DNA of 62,815 nucleotides, filler included. It is 4 parts of 4 records of this genome, joined end to end, with 100 filler letters (N's around TTAATTAATTAA, not from the genome) between each part and the next. Parts side by side here need not be neighbours in the genome. Positions count along the whole stretch, not along the records: positions 22,921 to 39,866 come from DRR378314_1977; 3 more parts are not named here. One strand, written 5' to 3'. Below, one piece after another: positions 29,424 to 36,904 of the stretch. The stretch's first letter is position 1. Every line of letters starts with the position of its first letter. Position numbers and translations under genes: made by a program. The notes beneath the pieces are model-generated. The model ran no database searches. It had not been told where the DNA came from and saw only the letters and a list, made by a program, of their open reading frames with translations.

Positions 29424-30775
29424 CCGAGCCCCTCCCCAACGCTGTTAGTGGGCATCAGGTCATGAGCCGGGAGTGCTGTGGGCGTTGTTGGCGGCGCAGC
29501 GGCTTCATCACAACCTAGTGCTTGGGCAACCCGCAGCGCGCTCCATACCCCATCTTCGTGAAAGCCATTGCGCCAGTAAGCGCCGCAGAAGTGAGTGCGC
29601 CGAGCAACCGAGGATATCTCGTCATGGCGCATTTGCGCTGCCTGTCCTGCCAGTGTGAATTGTGGGTGGGCATAGGTATAACGTCCGAGCACTTTCGCAG
29701 GGTCAATACTGTTGGAATCGTTAAGCGTGACGCAAAAAGTAGTCTCGGCCCCTTTCAATCGCTGCAGAATATTCATGTTGTAGGTAACAGACACCCGCTC
29801 GTCTGCTCCTCGACCATCTAAACGGTAGTTCCAGCTAGCCCAGGCGCGCTGCCGCCGGGGCAGCAGCGAGGTATCGGTATGCAGCACTACCTCGTTATCT
29901 TGATAAGGCATGGCGGCAAGAATATCTTGCTCAGCGGGTGTCGGGTCGCCGAGCATCGCTAGTGCCTGATCGGCGTGGCAAGCCAGCACCACATGATCAA
30001 AGCGTTGTGTGCCTTGTGCCGTGGTGATCATTACGCCGGTGGCGTTTCGCTCAATGCGCGTGACAGGCGTATTCAGGTGAATGCGCGCTGCGTATGGCGC
30101 TGTCATGCTGGGAATATAGCGTTTCGAGCCGCCAACTAAGGTATGCCATTGAGGGCGGTGGTTAACCGACAGCAAGCCGTGATTGCGGAAAAAACGCACG
30201 AAGAACGTCAGCGGAAAGGCGCGTAGATCGCCAATACTCGCAGACCAAATAGCGGCCCCCATGGGCAGCAGATAACGTCGCTGAAAAGCGTCACCGTAGC
30301 CATGCTGGTCAAGGTATTGGCCTAGCGTTGTGTTGCTAGGAAGGCGCTTGGACTCTAAGTCAGCCGTTGCTTGTTTGTTAAAGCGCAAGATGTCGCGTAA
30401 CAGGCGATAAAAAGTGGGGCTAAGTAAGTTGCGCCGCTGGGCAAACAGCGAGCCTAGCGTATGGCCGTTATATTCAAAATCAACATCAGTTTCATGCACC
30501 GAAAAACTCATTTCGGTGGCTTGGCTAGGCACTTCGAGTGTTTCTAGTAAGCGTTGGAAATGCGGGTAGGTCCAATCATTGAAAACAATAAAGCCCGTGT
30601 CGATAGCGTAGGACTGCCCACCGACCTCCACGTCCATCGTGGCCGTGTGCCCACCAAGACGCCCGTCTGCTTCAAACAGAGTGACTTCATGTTGGGAGGA
30701 TAAGTACCAACCCGCTGCCATGCCGCTAATACCGCTGCCGATAATGGCGATACGCTGTGAAGCCATGTTGCTCAT
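29420..30775 (-). CDS. FAD-dependent oxidoreductase/desaturase (amine-oxidase fold, UfaD-like)
   Basis: IAIIGSGISG, DTGFIVFN, AWASWNY, GFHEDG; ATG 30775 overlaps the SDR stop (ATGA). Confidence 0.88.
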   Translation of the reverse strand: MSNMASQRIAIIGSGISGMAAGWYLSSQHEVTLFEADGRLGGHTATMDVEVGGQSYAIDTGFIVFNDWTYPHFQRLLETLEVPSQATEMSFSVHETDVDFEYNGHTLGSLFAQRRNLLSPTFYRLLRDILRFNKQATADLESKRLPSNTTLGQYLDQHGYGDAFQRRYLLPMGAAIWSASIGDLRAFPLTFFVRFFRNHGLLSVNHRPQWHTLVGGSKRYIPSMTAPYAARIHLNTPVTRIERNATGVMITTAQGTQRFDHVVLACHADQALAMLGDPTPAEQDILAAMPYQDNEVVLHTDTSLLPRRQRAWASWNYRLDGRGADERVSVTYNMNILQRLKGAETTFCVTLNDSNSIDPAKVLGRYTYAHPQFTLAGQAAQMRHDEISSVARRTHFCGAYWRNGFHEDGVWSALRVAQALGCDEAAAPPTTPTALPAHDLMPTNSVGEGLG

Positions 30776-31560
30776 TGCTGTACCTCTTGGCGCCTTGTCA
30801 TACGTAGGCCGATATGACGACGCAGCGCAGGCGGTAAAATTCCTAAACATTTCACCAGATAGGTGAAGCGACGCGGAAAGTGAATATCCAGCCTTCCTTT
30901 GACAAGACCGGCAATGATGGCATCGGCCGCTTGTTCCGCGGTGACTTGCATGGGCATTGGAAAATCATTGCGATCGGTCAACGGGGTTTTAACAAAACCA
31001 GGGTGAATGACGCTGACATCAATGCCCTCTTGATCGAGGTCGAGACGTAATGACTCCAAAAAGTAACTGATAGCTGCTTTTGAGGCGCCATAGGCTTCGG
31101 CTCTGGGCAGCGGTAAATAGGCAGATGCACTAGAGGTGGCGGCTAGGCGAGCAGGTTTACCCTCTTTGCGGGCAGCTCTTAATAACGGCAGGGCTGCTTC
31201 CACGCCATACAGGGTGCCAAACAAGTTTGGGGTGAAAACCCGCTCAATCAGCGCCATATCAAAATGCTGCGCGTCTAGATATTCGCAGGTGCCTGCATTG
31301 AATAAGGCAATATCAAGTGCGCCCAGCCATGTGCTGATCTGTTCACCCGCTGCAATCACTGCTTGGTGGTCGCTGATATCAACGGGGAGCGAATAAGCAT
31401 TGGGATGACCGGCACATAAATCATCGAGCGCCTCTTGGTTTCGAGCACTCAGCACAACATGGTGACCTTGGGCGATGAGCTTTGTGGCAAGCGCTTCACC
31501 AATGCCTGACGTGGCACCAGTGAGCCAAATGCGTTGGGGCGTTTTCCATGTGCTCATCAT
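30772..31560 (-). CDS. short-chain dehydrogenase/reductase
   Basis: TGATSGIG, NAG, YGASKAA, PGFVKT; AGGAG RBS before ATG 31560. Confidence 0.92.
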   Translation of the reverse strand: MMSTWKTPQRIWLTGATSGIGEALATKLIAQGHHVVLSARNQEALDDLCAGHPNAYSLPVDISDHQAVIAAGEQISTWLGALDIALFNAGTCEYLDAQHFDMALIERVFTPNLFGTLYGVEAALPLLRAARKEGKPARLAATSSASAYLPLPRAEAYGASKAAISYFLESLRLDLDQEGIDVSVIHPGFVKTPLTDRNDFPMPMQVTAEQAADAIIAGLVKGRLDIHFPRRFTYLVKCLGILPPALRRHIGLRMTRRQEVQQ

Positions 31561-31615
31561 GCTCTCCTGTAGTGGCCTGTTAGCATGCAACCTGTATGCA
31601 AATAAACGGCATATA

Positions 31616-32050
31616 TCAGCTAATGCGCCGTTTTAACCAACGTATGACACGTCCCATGACTGGTAAGTGTTCATACAACATGGCGCCTGCATCGAAATAG
31701 TCGCGGTGCTTTGAAACCCGACCATCCTGTGCAAATGTTAGGGCACTGCATCCCTCGACACGGATCGGTTTTCCCTGGGCTAGTCGGGGATGAATGAACT
31801 CCATTGTCCAGGTTACAAATGCTTGATTAGCCACCTGTTGTTGCGTGTGATAAGTAAATTGGCAACGTTCAACGTTTTCGTACATGGTGGCGAAATAGCG
31901 CTCTAGCGCCGATCGCCCTTCAATGTGATGTAGCGGATCATTGAAGATAACTTCCTCAGTATATACCTCGTATAGTTTTTCTGTACAGGTATTGTCTAGT
32001 TTATTAAAAAAGGCGCAGAAATTCGCCAAAGCTTGGTCGTTAGGCATCAC
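31616..32050 (-). CDS. NTF2/SnoaL-like protein
   Basis: FNDPLHHIEG, WTMEFIHPRL, HRDYFDAGAMLYEHLP. Confidence 0.85.
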   Translation of the reverse strand: MMPNDQALANFCAFFNKLDNTCTEKLYEVYTEEVIFNDPLHHIEGRSALERYFATMYENVERCQFTYHTQQQVANQAFVTWTMEFIHPRLAQGKPIRVEGCSALTFAQDGRVSKHRDYFDAGAMLYEHLPVMGRVIRWLKRRIS

Positions 32051-32113
32051 GCAGTCCTGTGGTGGTTAAGAAAAATCAGCAAACGATGAAGCGAGGAGAA
32101 AGCAGTCGATCGA

Positions 32114-32143
32114 TTTGCATCACCGCAGCGCAGGCGATGCAAA
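32114..32143 (-). terminator. hairpin downstream of photolyase (weak terminator or mRNA stabiliser)
   Basis: TTTGCATC...GATGCAAA inverted repeat 10 nt after the stop; no clear U-tract. Confidence 0.45.
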
Positions 32144-32152
32144 AGAGAGGAG

Positions 32153-33565
32153 TTATTTCGAGAGCGCTTTAAAGGCATCCAGGGCACGCTGGCGCGCTGC
32201 TTTATGGTCAACGATGGGGGCTGGGTAATCCGTTGGGTTCAGCATGTCCTGGGGCGGCGCATGGCGAGCTTTTTTAGGCAGTGGTTTTAACTCGGGCAGC
32301 CAATGGGTAATAAATTCACCCTCTGGATCAAAGCGCGTTGACTGGGTAGTGGGGTTAAAAATACGAAAATAGGGCGCTGCATCCGTCCCCGTTGATGCCG
32401 CCCACTGCCAACCGCCGTTATTGGCGCAAAACTCACCGTCGATTAAATGGCGCATAAAAAATGCCTCACCGCGCCGCCAGTCAATCAGCAAGTGCTTACT
32501 TAGAAACATCGCGGTGATCATGCGCAGGCGGTTGTGCATCCAGCCCGTAGTCACTAGCTGGCGCATGGCCGCATCGACAATCGGATAGCCGGTACGGCCC
32601 TCACACCACGCTTGAAAGCCTTTATCGTCGTCACGCCAGCGGAGCTGCTTGGTGTGCTCTTGAAAAGGTTGGTGACGGCAAACCTGGGGAAAGCCTACCG
32701 CAACGTGCTGATAAAATTCACGCCAAATAAGCTCATTCACCCAGCTGGTCAGCCCCTCATCTCCATCGGCCAAGTGGCCACCATTTTCGCTCATCACGGC
32801 TTGAAGGCATTGGCGATAGGAGATCATACCCAGCGCTAGATAGGGCGAAAGTTCGCTGGTGCCGCGAACGTTTGGAAAGTCTCGCTGCTGCTTATAGTGC
32901 CGTCCACGAAAGCGTAAAAAACGTTCGAGATTGTCACTAGCCGCCTCTTCTCCAGCAGGCCAGAGGCGTTTATCAACGGGGTCATTATCCAGCGATGGAA
33001 GCGCGGGCAGTGGGTCGCTATTGATCTCTAGCGGAGATTGCACGCCTGGGGTATCACGTAAGGCAAGCTGCTGTGCAGTCACCTGCTTGTGCCAAGCTTT
33101 CGAAAACGGTGTAAATACGCCGTAATAATCGCCTTTTCCGGTCAATAAACTGCCAGGGGCGAAGGCGACGGCGTCATGGTGACCCTGAGCGGTGATCCCT
33201 GCTTGTTTAAAAGCATCAAGCACCGATTGATCGCGATGTTGCTCGTTCAGCGCATACTCATAGTTAAAGTGGAGTTGAGTAATCTGGTGCTCGTGGGCGA
33301 TATCAAGCAACACCTGAGCCGCTTCGTCATAGTGATCAATATCACGATGCAAAAGTGGAATATTAAGCCCGTTAAGCGACGCTTTGATCGCCGCAACACT
33401 GCGTGCCCAGAAGTCGAGCTTAGTCGCCCCGTGGCCATGTGTTTGCCATTGAGCCACGCTGCGTAAGAAAACGGCCACCACGGGGCCGTTGGCAGCCGCA
33501 GCGGCAAGCGCGGAGTTATCGTGAATGCGTAAGTCGCTACGCAGCCAAACGAGCTGCAGATTCAT
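32153..33565 (-). CDS. phrB: deoxyribodipyrimidine photolyase (class I CPD)
   Basis: WLRSDLRIHDN, TSELSPYL, ELIWREFY, GWMHNRLRM, NNGGWQW, YFRIFNP. Confidence 0.96.
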   Translation of the reverse strand: MNLQLVWLRSDLRIHDNSALAAAAANGPVVAVFLRSVAQWQTHGHGATKLDFWARSVAAIKASLNGLNIPLLHRDIDHYDEAAQVLLDIAHEHQITQLHFNYEYALNEQHRDQSVLDAFKQAGITAQGHHDAVAFAPGSLLTGKGDYYGVFTPFSKAWHKQVTAQQLALRDTPGVQSPLEINSDPLPALPSLDNDPVDKRLWPAGEEAASDNLERFLRFRGRHYKQQRDFPNVRGTSELSPYLALGMISYRQCLQAVMSENGGHLADGDEGLTSWVNELIWREFYQHVAVGFPQVCRHQPFQEHTKQLRWRDDDKGFQAWCEGRTGYPIVDAAMRQLVTTGWMHNRLRMITAMFLSKHLLIDWRRGEAFFMRHLIDGEFCANNGGWQWAASTGTDAAPYFRIFNPTTQSTRFDPEGEFITHWLPELKPLPKKARHAPPQDMLNPTDYPAPIVDHKAARQRALDAFKALSK

Positions 33566-33608
33566 GCGATATCCTTATCATCGGTAACGTTAACTAGCAT
33601 CCGATACC

Positions 33609-34538
33609 TCAGAGAATTCCCGATTCGCGCAACAAGGGGCGAAGTCGTGAAATGGCTTGCGGCAGGTCGTCGCCTAACATCTGCACCGGACCGTCACGCA
33701 GCTCATTTTCTCTTAATCGCGCCACTTCCCCACACACCCCAATAGGAACATTTAACGCTTCTGCGGCCTGGGGAAGTGCGCGACCAATGTAGTCGTCGCT
33801 TTCTCGCTGGCCACTGGAAAGCAGTACCATCGATGAGTGCAATCGGGATACGGCTTGAGGAAGGTCCTCCAGCGCTAATGAGCGGTCAAACAGTTGTACG
33901 CGGTAGCCCTGTTCGCTGGCCATGAGCGCACACATTAAAACCCATAGCGGGCCGGGGTCATCAGGCATCGCACTTAGCAGGATTAACGGGCCGCGCGTTG
34001 CCTGATTGGCATAGTGCAGGCGAATGCCTACCTGGCTACGCAGAAAGGCTTCAAAGGTGCGGCGCACAAGGTCATCGGGCTGGCTGGCCCATTTGGCTTC
34101 AAGGGTAAGAATAACGGGCTGCCAGAGCTCATTAATCGCGACGCTTAAGGGATATAGCGCCAGACTCTGGTGGTACAGCGCTTCCAGCTTGGGAAGGTCA
34201 ACCGCTTCTATGGTGGACTGCAACAACTGTCGTTGGCTGGCCCAGTCGCCAGTATTCGGCGATGGTGTTTCTACCGTTTCAGGTTGATCAAGTAAATCAA
34301 CCACTTGGCTAACCGGAACGCCGCGGTTTAGCCATTGTAAAATGCGTTCAATGCGAGTGATATCGTCTTGCGCGTATAGACGATGGCCCTTGGGGGTGCG
34401 TTGTGGGCGAATTAAACCGTAGCGACGCTCCCAGGCACGAAGAGTGACCGAGTTCACACCCGTCAAGCGGGAAACTTCCCTAATCGGATAAAGCGGGGTA
34501 TCGGGTGGGTGGGTCGCCTTGATGCTCATGGGCGCCAT
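33609..34538 (-). CDS. MerR-family regulator, LitR/CarH-like
   Basis: YPIREVSRLTGVNSVTLRAWERRYGLIRPQRTPKGHRLY; helical plus Rossmann-like C-terminus; directly upstream of phrB. Confidence 0.88.
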   Translation of the reverse strand: MAPMSIKATHPPDTPLYPIREVSRLTGVNSVTLRAWERRYGLIRPQRTPKGHRLYAQDDITRIERILQWLNRGVPVSQVVDLLDQPETVETPSPNTGDWASQRQLLQSTIEAVDLPKLEALYHQSLALYPLSVAINELWQPVILTLEAKWASQPDDLVRRTFEAFLRSQVGIRLHYANQATRGPLILLSAMPDDPGPLWVLMCALMASEQGYRVQLFDRSLALEDLPQAVSRLHSSMVLLSSGQRESDDYIGRALPQAAEALNVPIGVCGEVARLRENELRDGPVQMLGDDLPQAISRLRPLLRESGIL

Positions 34539-34667
34539 TGCCTCTTGGTTGCCTGCAAATAAGCGTGCAGGGATCTGTCAATAATTGTCGTGGCGATGCT
34601 TCAGCGCCTGATCGGCGGTTTGGCCACATAATCGGGTCGTTATTAATCGTATAGATAGCTAAACGCT

Positions 34668-34708
34668 ATTATAGCCACCTTTGTACAACTTGTGGCTTCT
34701 GGGTACAA
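34668..34708 (-). promoter_or_regulatory. putative promoter/operator of the merR-phrB unit
   Basis: Minus strand: TTGTACC...TTGTACAA...TATAAT (-10 at 34673-34668). Confidence 0.5.
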
Positions 34709-34750
34709 CCTTTCCTGCAGGTGTGGAAAAGTTAAGTTTAGTTTCTAATT

Positions 34751-35827
34751 TCAGACCGACCGGACTATTAGGGCCTGGCCCAGCTCATCACCTGATAACC
34801 AAGCATCCTCGACACGACTACCTTTAAAGCTATCGCCACAGAGTGCTAAGCCACTTGTACTGTATAAGTATGTCTGATGACCTGCCTGTGCTGGCTGAGC
34901 ATAGCGCCAGCGGTGCGCGCCGAGTTCAATGACACTCGGTAGCTCTACATCATCGGGCAGCAGCGATACAAATGCTGCGAGTAATTGTTGGGCGACACTT
35001 TCACTGTCACTCTCAATATGTGCATCGCTCCAATCCAACTGAGCAAGCAAGCTAATACTTTCCGGCTGATGTTCACGGCCAGGCTTGGTGTGATTGCGTG
35101 ACGCTAGACGAAGCACTGGATGCTGTGTGTGAACGGTGTGCCACGCTGATACTACCTTCGCCATGGGGGGTAATGGCTCCTCGAAAATAACCCAGCCTGC
35201 CCAGCATCCACGCTGAGGCTTGGCCTCACAGGCCGCCGCCAGTGTCGGTTCCCACCCTGCTAATAATGCCTTGGCCTGGGGCGGCGGGGCGCTGATAACC
35301 ACCACGTCAAAAGGCCCGTGTATTGAGCCACGGCTATCGTGGAGCTGCCAGCCCGCAGCCGTCTTATCAAACCTTGTAATGTGGGTTTCAAGCGTCATGG
35401 AGGCATTAGGTAATGCGTTAAGTGTATCGGCTAGATGACGGGTGACGGCACTCATACGGGGCGCGCCGGTATAACGTAGCTTATCGTCATTGTGTGTTTG
35501 CCAGCCGGATGCACTAGCCTGATAACAAGCTGTGGGCCAACTGGCGACACAACCAGCGGCTTGCCACTCGGCTACTTTGTTGGCGAATCGTTGATTGCGC
35601 ACGGTGAATGCTTGAGCACCTAGGTCCAGTGTCGCGGAGGGACGTCGTTTACTTGACATACGGCCGCCAGGGCCACGCGCTTTATCAAACAACGCCACCT
35701 TAACGCCCTGAGTGGCAAGTTGCTGCCCACAGGCAAGGCCAGACATACCTGCACCGATAATTGCCACTGAGTGAACGTCGGAAAGTGTTAAAGACTCAGG
35801 CAATGATTCAAGCATAGGGACTCGCAA
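34751..35827 (-). CDS. renalase-like NAD(P)/FAD-dependent oxidoreductase
   Basis: AIIGAGMSG, DKARGPGGRMSSKR, DLGAQ, HRWRYA, CGD...RVEDAWLSG; start uncertain. Confidence 0.87.
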   Translation of the reverse strand: MRVPMLESLPESLTLSDVHSVAIIGAGMSGLACGQQLATQGVKVALFDKARGPGGRMSSKRRPSATLDLGAQAFTVRNQRFANKVAEWQAAGCVASWPTACYQASASGWQTHNDDKLRYTGAPRMSAVTRHLADTLNALPNASMTLETHITRFDKTAAGWQLHDSRGSIHGPFDVVVISAPPPQAKALLAGWEPTLAAACEAKPQRGCWAGWVIFEEPLPPMAKVVSAWHTVHTQHPVLRLASRNHTKPGREHQPESISLLAQLDWSDAHIESDSESVAQQLLAAFVSLLPDDVELPSVIELGAHRWRYAQPAQAGHQTYLYSTSGLALCGDSFKGSRVEDAWLSGDELGQALIVRSV

Positions 35828-35991
35828 CGGCTAATGAAATGTGCAATGGTCAGTATGTAGCATTTGTGTATAGATATCGTACAATAAAATATTATGCAAT
35901 GATCATTTAGCTGACGGCTATTCCCAGCTTTGCAGTTCAGCGTCGACGCGGGCATACGCTAGCCACCTTAACCAACCACAGGAGTGACACC

Positions 35992-36894
35992 ATGCGGGTA
36001 TTAATCACCGGAGGTAGCGGCTTTGTTGGTCAGCGGCTCTGCCAACAACTCCTCACCCAAGGGCATGATGTGCAGGTGGTTTCCCGATCCCCGCATCAGG
36101 TGCGTGGTAGGTTGCCAAAAGCCTGCGATATTCGTGATAGCGCTCAGGCATTTATGGACACCCCACCGGAAGTGTTGGTGAACCTTGCCGGTGAGTCGAT
36201 TGCTGCAAAGCGCTGGAGTAACAGCCAAAAAGAGACACTAATTCGCTCTCGTATCGATAGTACGCAGCAATTGATTACGCTTTGTGAGCAGCTCAAAGCC
36301 AACGGGCAAGCGTTACCCAGCGTGATGATTAGCGGCTCTGCGATGGGCTATTACGGCGATCAAGGCGACAAGGTAGTAGATGAAACAACGCCGCCAAACG
36401 ATGAGTTTGCTCATCAGCTTTGTGCGCAGTGGGAAGCAGCGGCAAAACCGATTGAGGCGATGGGCGTTCGCTTAGCGATACTGCGTATTGGTTTAGTGCT
36501 TGAGGCAGGGGGCGGTACGCTGCAGAAGATGCTGCCACCCTTTAAGCTCGGACTTGGGGGGCGTTTTGGGAGCGGCACACAGTTTATGCCCTGGATTCAT
36601 CGTGACGATCTTGTGGCAGCGATTATGTTTTTGATCAACGAATCAACGCTTTCAGGTGCGTTTAATGGCAGTGCGCCGCATCCGGTGACAAATGCTGAGT
36701 TCACGAAAACGTTGGCTAAGCAGCTTCACCGGCCGGCGATTTTCCCCGTGCCCGCTTTTGTACTAAAAGCGGGCTTTGGAGAAATGTCGCAGCTGTTGCT
36801 GACCGGGGCCGATATGCGCCCTGCACGCCTTACTGAGGCTGGGTTTACCTTTCAGTACCCGACCCTTGATAAGGCGCTAGCGGCGATTCTTTAG
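35992..36894 (+). CDS. TIGR01777-family NAD-dependent epimerase (YfcH-like)
   Basis: MRVLITGGSGFVG, VNLAGESIA..RW, SGSAMGYYG, MPWIHRDD. Confidence 0.92.
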   Translation: MRVLITGGSGFVGQRLCQQLLTQGHDVQVVSRSPHQVRGRLPKACDIRDSAQAFMDTPPEVLVNLAGESIAAKRWSNSQKETLIRSRIDSTQQLITLCEQLKANGQALPSVMISGSAMGYYGDQGDKVVDETTPPNDEFAHQLCAQWEAAAKPIEAMGVRLAILRIGLVLEAGGGTLQKMLPPFKLGLGGRFGSGTQFMPWIHRDDLVAAIMFLINESTLSGAFNGSAPHPVTNAEFTKTLAKQLHRPAIFPVPAFVLKAGFGEMSQLLLTGADMRPARLTEAGFTFQYPTLDKALAAIL

Positions 36895-36904
36895 TCCTTC
36901 CGTG

